Shown here one piece after another: positions 40,610-50,290 of a DNA stretch of 64,000 nt. Location: assembly GCA_038248345.1 (NCBI GenBank), contig JBBRXO010000003.1, positions 13,546-77,545 on the forward strand. Reading direction: 5' to 3'. Position numbers and translations under genes: made by a program. A model generated the notes under the pieces. The model saw only the letters and a list, made by a program, of their open reading frames with translations. It searched no databases and had not been told where the DNA came from. The stretch's first letter is position 1. The number at the start of each line of letters is the position of its first letter. This DNA comes from Armatimonadota bacterium (GTDB taxonomy: Bacteria > Armatimonadota > Hebobacteria > CAIYQO01).

Positions 40610-42028
40610 ATGTCACGTTTAACAACTATCTTGCTACTACTACTGGTGTTACCTTGTGCGCTATTGGCGGCGCCAGCAGTATCTCCGATGATGCCGGGTG
40701 CCTTCTACGATGGTTCCTGCACGATGGCGCCGCTCTTTGTCGTGAGTGTTTGGATGGGTGCCTATGCTGATTATAATATCGACACCGGGGCAATAACGCT
40801 CTATTCCCCTGAGCACAAGGTGAGCATGAAAATTGGCAGCGCTAACGCTATCTGTGATGGAAAGGCGCAGGTGTTCCCGTCGGCAGTCATGCTAAAAGAC
40901 AACATTATATTCGCCCCGGCGGAGGCTATCGCTTCCGCCTTGGGGGGCGAACTGGTATTGCCCGGTTCTCCCAATTCGCTGACAATTAGCAATCCGAAAA
41001 CAAAAGAAAAGTTGCGCCTGTTCCTCGCCGGGCGTGCTGCCCAGGCACAAACATTGTTCGCCGCAGTAATGGCCGACCGTGCCCTTGATGTACAAATTAC
41101 CTTGAATGTAAATCCAGAACTGGCACTGGCGACTGACATCGAGAATAACACGTTGCTCCATGTTGCGGCCGTCAATAACAACCGGAATTTACCCGATCCA
41201 CTATTGAAGAGTGATTGTACCAGCAAACTGCCCGAGGTAATGACGAATTCTCTTACAATCGCTAAATTGTTGCTGGAGAAGGGAGTGAGCCCTAATGCGC
41301 ATAATCGTGCTGGGGTCACCCCTTTTGCAGCTGCAGCGGGTAAAGGATTGACGCCATTCCATCTATTATTGGCGGAGAATGGCGCAGATGTAAATACTAC
41401 CTTTGCCGGCGGTTTCACTCAGTTGATGTATGCCGTCATGCAGGATAACCTGCCTATAGTGCAGTACTTGCTGGCACATGGCGCAGCCCCTGATCTAAAA
41501 AACAAAGATGATTTCTATGCGTTGCATTATGCGTTATCTCCTGATAGCACAGATATGAAGATTGTTAACGCGCTGCTTGATGCGGCGGCTGATCCCAATA
41601 TTGTTGACGGGAATGGCTGGACAGCTCTCGATCGCGCCGCCTGGTTTGGTCTGGAGGATGTAGTGGTGGTATTGCTGGCGCATAAGGCAGACCCCAACTC
41701 CTCCATGCGTCTGGAAAAATTGACCCCCCTTCATTCCGCCATAATTGTCCGCGGCGATACTAGCAGGACACTGAAAGGTGATGGCCTGACGATGGCGCGT
41801 GAACTGGTGGCTAAGGACGCGAAAGTGAATGTAAAAAATTACCAGGGTGACACACCGTTACACTTCGCGACACGACAGGGATGGTCGGCAGCAGTAGATT
41901 TTCTGCTCGCTAGCGGAGCCGATGTCAACGCCCGCAATGAGAATAATGAAACCCCATTGCGGATTGCTGTGGAATGGAATTACCTGGCTATTGCGGATGT
42001 GCTGGCTAAAAATGGCGCAAAACAGTAA
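40610..42028 (+). CDS. Secreted copper-amine-oxidase N-terminal (stalk) domain + ankyrin-repeat protein
   Basis: Signal peptide; MAPL..SMKIGS..A..DG..FAPAEAIASALG; multiple GxTPLHxA repeats. Confidence 0.85.
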   Translation: MSRLTTILLLLLVLPCALLAAPAVSPMMPGAFYDGSCTMAPLFVVSVWMGAYADYNIDTGAITLYSPEHKVSMKIGSANAICDGKAQVFPSAVMLKDNIIFAPAEAIASALGGELVLPGSPNSLTISNPKTKEKLRLFLAGRAAQAQTLFAAVMADRALDVQITLNVNPELALATDIENNTLLHVAAVNNNRNLPDPLLKSDCTSKLPEVMTNSLTIAKLLLEKGVSPNAHNRAGVTPFAAAAGKGLTPFHLLLAENGADVNTTFAGGFTQLMYAVMQDNLPIVQYLLAHGAAPDLKNKDDFYALHYALSPDSTDMKIVNALLDAAADPNIVDGNGWTALDRAAWFGLEDVVVVLLAHKADPNSSMRLEKLTPLHSAIIVRGDTSRTLKGDGLTMARELVAKDAKVNVKNYQGDTPLHFATRQGWSAAVDFLLASGADVNARNENNETPLRIAVEWNYLAIADVLAKNGAKQ

Positions 42029-42037
42029 GGTGGGACG

Positions 42038-42844
42038 GTGGCCGCTATTCAATCAACACCAGTGACAGCGATTCTCATTCGTGGTCACGATTATGGAGAA
42101 GGCCACCGCCTGCTAACCTTGCTGACACGGGAAGCGGGCAAGATTACTGCTGTTGCGCGTGGTATTCGTAAACCCAAAGCTAAATTGGCCTCCATCTTGC
42201 AGCATTTCACCAAAGCGACGCTTGACCTCACCACTGGTCGCCAATTCGCCATTATCACCGGTGCGCAAATGCTGGACTCATATTACGGTTTGCGCGCTGA
42301 TTTACGCTCCTTCGCCAACGCCTCCTACCTATGTGAGCTTTTTGATGAAACATTGGAGGATAACCAGGGGGCTCCGGAGTTGTTTGATTTACTCGCCGCG
42401 GCTTTGTCGCAAAACGATAAGGGAACTGCAACCGAAATGAGTAACCGATATGTTGAGATCCATTTAATCTCCGCATTGGGGTATTTGCCGCGCCTGACCC
42501 ATTGTGCTCATTGTAATGCCCCGCTGGCAGTTGCTGATGAAGCGGGGAAGACGATATGGCCGGTCTGGCTGGGTTTTACCGCAGCGCATGGCGGGGCCTT
42601 GTGCATCAATTGCTTGCCGCTGGTACCTGGTGCCCGCCGGATCGCTGCGGGCACTATACAGGTTTCCCTATTGATGCTTAACATGGAAATGGAGACGCTT
42701 AGCGCACTCAATTTATCGACTCAGCTCAAAAAAGAGATTGAAATTACCTACCGAGATTACCTGGAATATCAATTAGGACGTGAATTGCGCAGTTCTCGGT
42801 ACATAAATGCATTCACCAATGACGAAATATCACGTATAATATAG
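42038..42844 (+). CDS. recO: DNA repair protein RecO
   Basis: DYGEGHRLLTLLTREAGKITAVARGIRKPK and GYLPRLTHCAHC..GGALCINC. Confidence 0.95.
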   Translation: MAAIQSTPVTAILIRGHDYGEGHRLLTLLTREAGKITAVARGIRKPKAKLASILQHFTKATLDLTTGRQFAIITGAQMLDSYYGLRADLRSFANASYLCELFDETLEDNQGAPELFDLLAAALSQNDKGTATEMSNRYVEIHLISALGYLPRLTHCAHCNAPLAVADEAGKTIWPVWLGFTAAHGGALCINCLPLVPGARRIAAGTIQVSLLMLNMEMETLSALNLSTQLKKEIEITYRDYLEYQLGRELRSSRYINAFTNDEISRII

Positions 42845-42918
42845 TCGACTACTGGGAATACTATATTAGTAAATAGGTAAAATTCAGGAAAGTAGCAGTA
42901 GCACAGGTCACAGCAACT

Positions 42919-44346
42919 ATGATAGAACAGACAAAGACATCGGTACTCATCAAAGCAAAAGCGGGTAACAACGTTCGCCCCCTGCTGATCACCGGAATTA
43001 TTATCCTCGGCATCGCGCTTATCTTCAGTGCGCTCCTGGTAATTGCTCAACCACGCGATGGTAAAATTGCCAGTGGTGTTTTCGCGCTGGGAGTAGATTT
43101 AAGCGATTTGACTCCTGAATCGGCTACCGCCAAAGTAGCTGCTGTTATTCCCGAGGTTATCGGCCAGCCGATAACTATGCGTGCGGGTGATGTAGACAAG
43201 AAGACTACGTTAAAAGAGATAGGTGTAGCGTTGGATGCCACTGCGGTGGTGAAGCAGGCAGTAGCTATCGGGCGTACGGTCTCCCCCTTTAAAAATTTGC
43301 TGCATATGGTGAAGCTGAGCGAACAGCAGGCGTTGGCATCGTTGCCTTTTACATTACAGGATGATAAGGCCAAAGAGATCGTCACAGCAATGGCGAAGGA
43401 TGTTGATGTACCAGCAAAGGATGCTACCGGTAAATGGGACAGCACCGCTGCGAAGATGAAGGTAACCCCGGAGCAGACCGGGAAGAAGCTTGATATTGAA
43501 GGCAGTATCGGCAAAATTAAGAGCGACCTGATGCCTGTATTACAAGATTGTCGAGATTACCCTCCGACACTGGAGTTACCTTTTGCGGAACAGGCACCCA
43601 AAGTAACTGCATCGATACTCGGACAAATAGATAGTCCCATTGGCGATTTCACCACCGCCTACGCCACCAGTACTAATAACCGCGCCAGTAACGTAGAGAC
43701 GGCCGCGAAGACGATAAATAATACCCTATTGATGCCGGGTGAGGAATTCTCTTTCAATAAGGTAGTTGGCCCGCGTACCGTGGATGCAGGTTTTGTTACC
43801 GCCCCGGTGATTATGGATGGTCAGTTGCAGCCGGGCATGGGTGGGGGCATCTGCCAAGTATCTACCACACTCTATAACGCTGCGCTGCTGGCAAATTTGA
43901 AGATAACCAAGCGTAGTCACCACTCGCTGCCAATTCACTACGCCCCTCCAGGTCGCGACGCAACTGTGGCATATGATTCTTTGGATCTACGCTTCGAGAA
44001 CAGCACCAATGCCCCTATTCTTATCAATACCTATGCTAGTGACCGCAAGCTGACTGTGAGCATTTACGGCAAAGGGCCGGCCCCGAAAGTGAACATTGTA
44101 TTGAGCAATCAATACAATATGCCGATTAAGAACATCAATAAGGTTGATCCCAACTTGCCCAAAGGCTACACCAAAGTCGAATCCCCCGGTAAAGCCGGCA
44201 AAGCTGTCACAGTGACGCGAGTAGTAGGCGAAGGTGCTGACGCCAAACGCGAACAGCTTTCCAGTGACAAATATAATGGCTCGCCAAGTATCACTATAGT
44301 GGGCACCGGGCCAGAGACGTTGCCAGTACCAGTACCAGTAGAGTAG
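42919..44346 (+). CDS. VanW-family protein with PG-binding and G5-like domains
   Basis: N-terminal TM; PGEEFSFN.VVGPR, GGGICQVSTTLYNA, HHS and GRDATV..DLRFEN. Confidence 0.9.
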   Translation: MIEQTKTSVLIKAKAGNNVRPLLITGIIILGIALIFSALLVIAQPRDGKIASGVFALGVDLSDLTPESATAKVAAVIPEVIGQPITMRAGDVDKKTTLKEIGVALDATAVVKQAVAIGRTVSPFKNLLHMVKLSEQQALASLPFTLQDDKAKEIVTAMAKDVDVPAKDATGKWDSTAAKMKVTPEQTGKKLDIEGSIGKIKSDLMPVLQDCRDYPPTLELPFAEQAPKVTASILGQIDSPIGDFTTAYATSTNNRASNVETAAKTINNTLLMPGEEFSFNKVVGPRTVDAGFVTAPVIMDGQLQPGMGGGICQVSTTLYNAALLANLKITKRSHHSLPIHYAPPGRDATVAYDSLDLRFENSTNAPILINTYASDRKLTVSIYGKGPAPKVNIVLSNQYNMPIKNINKVDPNLPKGYTKVESPGKAGKAVTVTRVVGEGADAKREQLSSDKYNGSPSITIVGTGPETLPVPVPVE

Positions 44347-44495
44347 AGTAGTAAAGCCACTCACTGGCATACCTGAAACGCATTTAGTATCAAAAATACT
44401 ACACTTCAATGCAGACTTGACGCCAGTGTACCCCCGGATATTATTTATGCAAAAAATCCAGTATGCTAGTTGGCAGGTTACTGCTTAAGGGGATA

Positions 44496-45308
44496 ATGAT
44501 GGCAATAGCGGCGAAAAAGATATTCCAAGTGATGGCACGTATAGTCGAGATGCGGGGGCTGAGTACTGGGTACTACCTGTTGAAGGTGGTGGCGCCGGAG
44601 ATTGCTAGTGCGGCGTTGCCGGGACAGTTTGCCCAGTTGCGGGTGCGCACGGGAGCGGTAGTTGATCCGCTGCTGGCGCGGCCCATCAGCATTTATCGTG
44701 TCGATAGAGAACGCGGAGAAGTGGAGTTCATCTTCAAAGTGCTGGGGCGTGGCACTGGGCTACTGGCAGAGAATGTGCCGGACACTGAGATCAGTATCCT
44801 TGGGCCGATAGGCAACGGCTTTTCCGTCCCGGATACAGCGCAACATATTGCACTGGTGGGCGGTGGGGTGGGGATGCCGCCGCTTTATTTCCTAGCAGAG
44901 GAGCTGAAGCGGACGCGCCCGGAGCTGCAAGTAACATTCTTCTATGGCGGGCGCGGCTGTGACGATCTGCTGGAGCTGGACCGCTGGGAGAAGCTGGGAG
45001 CCATAGTAGTATCCGCCACCGAGGATGGTTCCGCCTGCCACTTCGGACTGGTAACAGTGCCGCTGTTGGCAGCCTGCCAAACTCAGCAATTCGATTACCT
45101 GGCGGCGTGTGGGCCGAAGCCGATGTTACGCGCGGTACAGCAGTTGGCACTGGCGGCGGGCGTCGCCGGACAACTATCGCTGGAGGAGCGCATGGCCTGC
45201 GGGGTGGGAGCGTGCCTCGGATGTGTGTGCTCCACTACCGGCGGGCGGCAACGCGTCTGCGTAGACGGGCCGGTGTTTGCGCTGGATGAGGTGAAATTCG
45301 ATGGCTGA
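44496..45308 (+). CDS. pyrK: Dihydroorotate dehydrogenase electron-transfer subunit
   Basis: PGQF, RPISI, GPIGNGF, GGGVG, CGPKPM and EERMACGVGACLGC..C.DGPVF. Confidence 0.95.
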   Translation: MMAIAAKKIFQVMARIVEMRGLSTGYYLLKVVAPEIASAALPGQFAQLRVRTGAVVDPLLARPISIYRVDRERGEVEFIFKVLGRGTGLLAENVPDTEISILGPIGNGFSVPDTAQHIALVGGGVGMPPLYFLAEELKRTRPELQVTFFYGGRGCDDLLELDRWEKLGAIVVSATEDGSACHFGLVTVPLLAACQTQQFDYLAACGPKPMLRAVQQLALAAGVAGQLSLEERMACGVGACLGCVCSTTGGRQRVCVDGPVFALDEVKFDG

Positions 45309-46212
45309 CATGACGGTGAAGATTGGGACGCTGACGCTGAAGAATCCGGTAGTGCCGGCCAGCGGCACCTACGGCTACGGGCGCGAGTATAGCAGTCTGT
45401 ACACCCCGGAGGTTTGGGGGGCGGTGGTGACCAAGGGAGTCTCACCGGTTGCCTGGCCCGGCAACGATACCCCGCGGCTCTGCGAGACGCCGGCCGGGAT
45501 GCTCAACGCCATTGGGTTGCAGAATCCGGGGGTGGAGAGCTTCATCAGCGAGGCGCTGCCGTGGCTAGCGCAGTATGACGTGCCGGTGATCGTTAATATT
45601 GTAGGCAAATCCATTGAGGAATATGCGGTGGTGGCGGCACGGCTGCAAGAGTGTGCCGGGGTTGACGCCTTCGAGCTGAACATCAGTTGCCCGAATGTGA
45701 AAGAGGGCGGCATCGCCTTCGGCACTGATCCGGCGGCGGCGGCGGCGGTGACGGCGGCAGTACGGCGGGTGACGAACAAGCCACTGATCGTGAAGCTCTC
45801 GCCCAATGTCACCGACATCACCGTTATCGCCCGTGCGGTGGAGGCGGAGGGGGCGGATGCGCTGAGCATCACCAACACACTGCTGGGGATGGCGATAGAT
45901 GTGAAGATGCGCCGTCCGGTGCTGGCCAATGTGGTGGGCGGCCTCTCCGGCCCCGCCATCAAGCCGGTGGCGTTGCGCATGGTGTGGCAGACCTACCAGC
46001 GGGTGAAGATCCCCATCATCGGCATGGGGGGCATCACCTCGGTTACTGATGCGCTGGAGTTCCTCATGGCTGGCGCTAGCGCCGTGGCCATCGGCACCGG
46101 ATTATATGTCGATCCCTATACTCCGCAGAAGGTGCTGGCGGGGATAGCAGAGTATATGGCGACAGCGGGATTCACTTCTATAGCCGAAATAACCGGATTA
46201 GCACAAAAATAG
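45301..46212 (+). CDS. pyrD: Dihydroorotate dehydrogenase family 1B catalytic subunit
   Basis: KNPV..ASGT, GMLNAIGLQNPG, ELNISCPNV, VKLSPNVTDI and GGLSGPAIKP. Confidence 0.97.
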   Translation: MADMTVKIGTLTLKNPVVPASGTYGYGREYSSLYTPEVWGAVVTKGVSPVAWPGNDTPRLCETPAGMLNAIGLQNPGVESFISEALPWLAQYDVPVIVNIVGKSIEEYAVVAARLQECAGVDAFELNISCPNVKEGGIAFGTDPAAAAAVTAAVRRVTNKPLIVKLSPNVTDITVIARAVEAEGADALSITNTLLGMAIDVKMRRPVLANVVGGLSGPAIKPVALRMVWQTYQRVKIPIIGMGGITSVTDALEFLMAGASAVAIGTGLYVDPYTPQKVLAGIAEYMATAGFTSIAEITGLAQK

Positions 46213-46225
46213 TCGTATTCAGATA

Positions 46226-46269
46226 TTGACATGATGGCGCTAAGAAGGATATTGTTACATTTAGTACAA
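46226..46269 (+). promoter_or_regulatory. Promoter of the hydrogenase operon overlapped by a Rex-like operator
   Basis: TTGACA (46226)-N18-TATTGT (46250); 18-bp TTGTTACATTTAGTACAA at 46252-46269 resembles Rex TTGTGAA-N4-TTCACAA. Confidence 0.55.
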
Positions 46270-46586
46270 GGGAAGATCAATTATTGGAGAGATATCACAA
46301 TAAGATAAGGTTTTATTGGTAGAATGCCAGGTAATGGCCAGGTATTAATCAGGAAGCGCACACTGTAGCTCAATGTTTTTCGTCACAATTTCAGGAGGCG
46401 GGATGATGAGTATTTTGCAGGAAGCATTCCCAACCATCATCACACCTCCTGTGGTAGTGATGGTGAATTATTTCATTTGTTGGATAGTCCTCGCTGATTC
46501 CCCATCAGCTGGGCGAGAAATTGTGCGGCGTGTGCAATCAGTAAGTATTTATCCACTCACTATCCCTGATTTGAAGGGACTACTAC

Positions 46587-46627
46587 GCCTGAGTTTGCTC
46601 TTTAGCTAAGCGAATTCGGGCTTTTTT
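46587..46627 (+). terminator. Intrinsic terminator inside the 5' leader of hydC
   Basis: GCCTGAGTTTGCT/AGCGAATTCGGGC 13-bp stem (with G-U pairs) plus TTTTTT, ~35 nt before the hydC ATG. Confidence 0.7.
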
Positions 46628-46661
46628 GCGTCTGCATATCATAGACGAACGAGGAATCAAA

Positions 46662-47162
46662 ATGGAGAAAATCGAAACAACCTGTACCTGCGGCGAAGAG
46701 ACTGATGAAGCGAAGCGCGCGCGGATCATCGAGATCATCGATGAATTTAAGGGACGTGATGGCAGCCTGATCCAGATACTGCATCTGGTGCAGGGGGTGT
46801 ATGGATACCTGCCGTTGGAGATTCAGCAGTTGATCGCCGAGAGGATGGATATCCCCCTTTCGGAGGTCTACGGCGTAACGACTTTCTACTCATTCTTTTC
46901 CACGCAACCACGGGGGAAGAACACCATAAGCGTTTGTATGGGCACCGCCTGCTATGTGCGGGGGAGCGCCAAACTGCTGAAAAGACTGTCAGAAATGCTG
47001 GGGGTTGAGGTAGGTTCTACCACCGAAGACCGCAAGTATACGTTGGAGGTCATGCGCTGTATGGGTGCCTGTGGGTTGGCCCCGGCGGTGATGGTGAACG
47101 GCGAAGTTATTCCACAAGTTAATCCAGAAAAATTGAATCGTATCCTTGATAAGTGCGATTAG
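46662..47162 (+). CDS. hydC: NuoE/HydC-like 2Fe-2S subunit
   Basis: LIQILH..Q..YGYLP, VYGVTTFYSFF, CMGTAC and CMGACGLAP. Confidence 0.95.
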   Translation: MEKIETTCTCGEETDEAKRARIIEIIDEFKGRDGSLIQILHLVQGVYGYLPLEIQQLIAERMDIPLSEVYGVTTFYSFFSTQPRGKNTISVCMGTACYVRGSAKLLKRLSEMLGVEVGSTTEDRKYTLEVMRCMGACGLAPAVMVNGEVIPQVNPEKLNRILDKCD

Positions 47163-47173
47163 GAGAAAAGGTA

Positions 47174-50100
47174 ATGGCAAATATCCCTGAAAAAGTTATC
47201 TCCAGAGCTGATCTGGAGTCAATTAAAACACAATACGATGCGCAGCAAAAAGATATCCGCTTCCATCTGCTGGTATGTGCTGGCGCTGGCTGCGTCTCTT
47301 CCGGCTGTTATGCCGTGCGTGATGCGCTGGTTGCCGCGCTGAAAGATGCGGGGCTCACCGAGCAGGTATCGCTACAGGAGACTGGCTGCATCGGCACCTG
47401 CGACCTGGGGCCATCGCTGGTGATACAGCCGGACGATGTCTTCTACACGAAGCTAAAACCGGAAGATATGGCACGGATTGTACAACAGCACCTGCAGGAT
47501 GGACAGGTTATCGAACGCCTCTGCTACTGGGACAAGGACAAAGAGAAGCACGTCACCCAGTTGTCGGAGATTGAATTCTTCAAACGGCAACTGCGGTTAG
47601 TGACCGGGCGTTGCGGCAATCTGCCGTATCAGTCGGTCGAGGCGTATATCTCCTCGGATGGCTACCTGGCGCTGGCGAAAGCCCTCACCGATATGTCGCG
47701 CATGGACGTCATCGACGAGATGAAACGCTCTGGCCTGCGGGGCCGCGGCGGCGGCGGTTTCCCCGCCGGCATCAAGTGGCTGGCGGGCTATAACGCGCCG
47801 GGCAGCGAGAAGTACATCGTCTGCAATGGCGACGAGGGCGACCCTGGCGCATTCATGGATCGCTCGCTGATGGAGGGTGATCCTCACGCCGTCATCGAGG
47901 GGATGTTAATCGCCGGTTATGCTATCGGCGCTAATCATGGCTTTATCTATGTACGAGCCGAGTACCCGCTGGCTATTAACCGCATGGAAGTCGCGCTGCG
48001 CCAGGCACGGGAATTAGGTCTCCTCGGTGACCACGTGATGGGCACCGACTTCGCCTTTGATATTGAGATTCGCATCGGAGCAGGAGCCTTTGTCTGCGGT
48101 GAAGAGACCGCGCTGATGGATTCCATCGAGGGCAAACGCGGCGAGCCACGACAGAAGCCGCCATTCCCCTTCGAGGCGGGTGTTTTCGGCAAGCCGACGA
48201 TTATCAATAATGTGGAGACGCTGGCCAATGTTCCGCTGATCATCTACCGGGGTGCGGACTGGTTCACGCAATACGGCACTGAAGGCAGCAAGGGGACGAA
48301 AGTCTTCGCGCTGGCCGGTGATGTGCAGAACACCGGCATCGTCGAAGTACCGCTGGGCATTCCGTTGGGAGAGATCATCTTCGATATCGGCGGCGGCATC
48401 CAGAAGGGCAAGCTCTTCAAAGCCGCGCAGACCGGCGGCCCCTCGGGCGGTTGTCTCACGCGCAAGCATCTGAATACTCCGGTGGATTACGATTCGCTGG
48501 TGAAGCTGGGCACTATCATGGGCTCCGGCGGTCTCATCGTCATGGATGAGGACACCTGTATGGTGGATGTCGCCCGGTTCTTCCTCGATTTCGTGCAGGA
48601 TGAATCCTGCGGTAAGTGTGTCCCCTGCCGTATCGGCACCAAGCGTATGCTGGAGATTCTGGAGCGTATCACTAAAGGCGAGGGCAAGGAAGGCGATATC
48701 GAGTTGCTGGAAGAGCTGGCAATGACTTGCAAAGAGACGGCCACCTGTGGGTTAGGACAGACGGCAGGTAACCCGGTGTTAAGTACCATCCGCCACTTCC
48801 GCGAGGAATATGAAGAGCATATCAAGTATCATTATTGTCGCGCTGGTGTCTGCGCTGACTTGATGCAGTCGCCATGTCAGAATGCTTGTCCGGCTGGAGT
48901 TAACATCCCCGGCTATGTGGCGCTTATCGCCGCTGGCAGGCCGCGGGATGCCTACAATCTAGTACGCAAGGAGAATCCATTCCCCGCGATTTGTGGGCGC
49001 GTTTGTACTCACCCTTGCGAGAGCAAATGCCGTCGCTCGCAACTGGATGAACCGCTGGCCATCTGCGACCTGAAGCGCTATGCGGCGGATTATGTCTTTT
49101 ACAACGAAGAGCCGTATATGGATCTCGTCTTCCCACAAAAACCGGAGTCGGTGGGGATAATTGGTGCTGGCCCCAGCGGTTTAACCTGCGCCTACTACCT
49201 GGCGCGGTTGGGCTATAATGTCACTGTTTATGAAGCTGAGAGTATCGCTGGTGGTATGCTGGCGTATGGAATCCCGGAATATCGCCTGCCCAATGCGATC
49301 CTCGCAAAAGAGATAAAATTATTGGAGCAAGTTGGTGTAAATATTAAAACTGGGGTTGAAGTGGGCAAAGATATACTGTTTGCTGAATTGAAAGAGAAGC
49401 ACAATGCAATTTATATCGCTATCGGCACGCAGTTCCCCAATAAGATTAACATCCCGGGCGAGGAGCTGCCGGGCGTCTATCATGGCCTGAATTTCCTGCG
49501 TGATGTTGCGCTGGGACGCCCGACCACCGTGGGCAAAAACGTGATAGTAATCGGAGGTGGTAGTACCGCCTTTGATACCGCGCGCACGGCGCTACGCATG
49601 GGAGCGGAGAAAGTCACTATTATCTATCGGCGGCAAATCGAAGATATGCCGGCGGATGTTCGGGAAATTGATGAAGCTATTGAAGAAGGTATCGAGATCG
49701 TTCCGCTCACTGCGCCGCTCGAGTTCGTCGGTCATGAGAGGGTCGAAGGTGTCCGATGTGCGCAGATGGAATTGCGTGGTTATGATGATGCCGGACGCCG
49801 CAAGCCGGTGCAAGTGAAGGGCAATGAATTCGTCCTCTCGGCGGACATGGTGATCCCGGCAGTCAGCCAACATTCGGACTTACCTTTCATCGACAAGGAT
49901 GAAGTGGAACTGACACAATGGGGCACGTTGATAACAGATCCGGAGACGATGATGACCTCCATGCGTGGTGTCTTCGCTGGTGGCGATGCGGTGCGCGGCC
50001 CCGATGTGGTAATCCAGGCGATTGCCGACGGTAAAAAGACGGCGATCAACATCGACCTTTTCCTCGGTGGCGCCGGGGTACTCAATACCGGCGAGGCTAT

Positions 50101-50272
50101 TGAAATCCCAGCGGCAACTGAAGAGAAAGAGGTCGTGGAGCATGAGCGTTTCGCGCTTCGCTACCGTGACGCGGAGGGAAGAAAGCAGGACTTCCAAGAG
50201 TGTGTCGTCGGATTTCATAAATTGAATGCTATAGCCGAAGCCATGCGTTGTTTGCGTTGCGACAAGCGCTAA
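47174..50272 (+). CDS. hydB: NuoF/HydB-like FMN/NADH subunit fused to a GltD/SfrB-like FAD/NADP(H) oxidoreductase
   Basis: Trx-like 2Fe-2S (CAGAGC..CIGTC), GLRGRGGGGFP, DEGDPGAFMDR, CGEETAL, GGPSG, ESCGKCVPC and HIKYHYCRAGVC; then PCQNACPAG, CGRVCTHPCE..C, GAGPSG, GIPEYRLP, GGGSTA..YRR, GVFAGGD and EAMRCLRC. Confidence 0.93.
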   Translation: MANIPEKVISRADLESIKTQYDAQQKDIRFHLLVCAGAGCVSSGCYAVRDALVAALKDAGLTEQVSLQETGCIGTCDLGPSLVIQPDDVFYTKLKPEDMARIVQQHLQDGQVIERLCYWDKDKEKHVTQLSEIEFFKRQLRLVTGRCGNLPYQSVEAYISSDGYLALAKALTDMSRMDVIDEMKRSGLRGRGGGGFPAGIKWLAGYNAPGSEKYIVCNGDEGDPGAFMDRSLMEGDPHAVIEGMLIAGYAIGANHGFIYVRAEYPLAINRMEVALRQARELGLLGDHVMGTDFAFDIEIRIGAGAFVCGEETALMDSIEGKRGEPRQKPPFPFEAGVFGKPTIINNVETLANVPLIIYRGADWFTQYGTEGSKGTKVFALAGDVQNTGIVEVPLGIPLGEIIFDIGGGIQKGKLFKAAQTGGPSGGCLTRKHLNTPVDYDSLVKLGTIMGSGGLIVMDEDTCMVDVARFFLDFVQDESCGKCVPCRIGTKRMLEILERITKGEGKEGDIELLEELAMTCKETATCGLGQTAGNPVLSTIRHFREEYEEHIKYHYCRAGVCADLMQSPCQNACPAGVNIPGYVALIAAGRPRDAYNLVRKENPFPAICGRVCTHPCESKCRRSQLDEPLAICDLKRYAADYVFYNEEPYMDLVFPQKPESVGIIGAGPSGLTCAYYLARLGYNVTVYEAESIAGGMLAYGIPEYRLPNAILAKEIKLLEQVGVNIKTGVEVGKDILFAELKEKHNAIYIAIGTQFPNKINIPGEELPGVYHGLNFLRDVALGRPTTVGKNVIVIGGGSTAFDTARTALRMGAEKVTIIYRRQIEDMPADVREIDEAIEEGIEIVPLTAPLEFVGHERVEGVRCAQMELRGYDDAGRRKPVQVKGNEFVLSADMVIPAVSQHSDLPFIDKDEVELTQWGTLITDPETMMTSMRGVFAGGDAVRGPDVVIQAIADGKKTAINIDLFLGGAGVLNTGEAIEIPAATEEKEVVEHERFALRYRDAEGRKQDFQECVVGFHKLNAIAEAMRCLRCDKR

Positions 50273-50290
50273 TCTGAAGGTGAGGAAAGA

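Noticed and set aside
44321..44354. CCAGTA and GTAGA short tandem repeats at the vanW 3' end
   Set aside because: They encode a Pro-Val tail and are too short to imply phase variation
46355..46380. tRNA-like start (CACTGTAGCTCAATG)
   Set aside because: No T-arm GTTCRA, anticodon arm or matching acceptor stem follows
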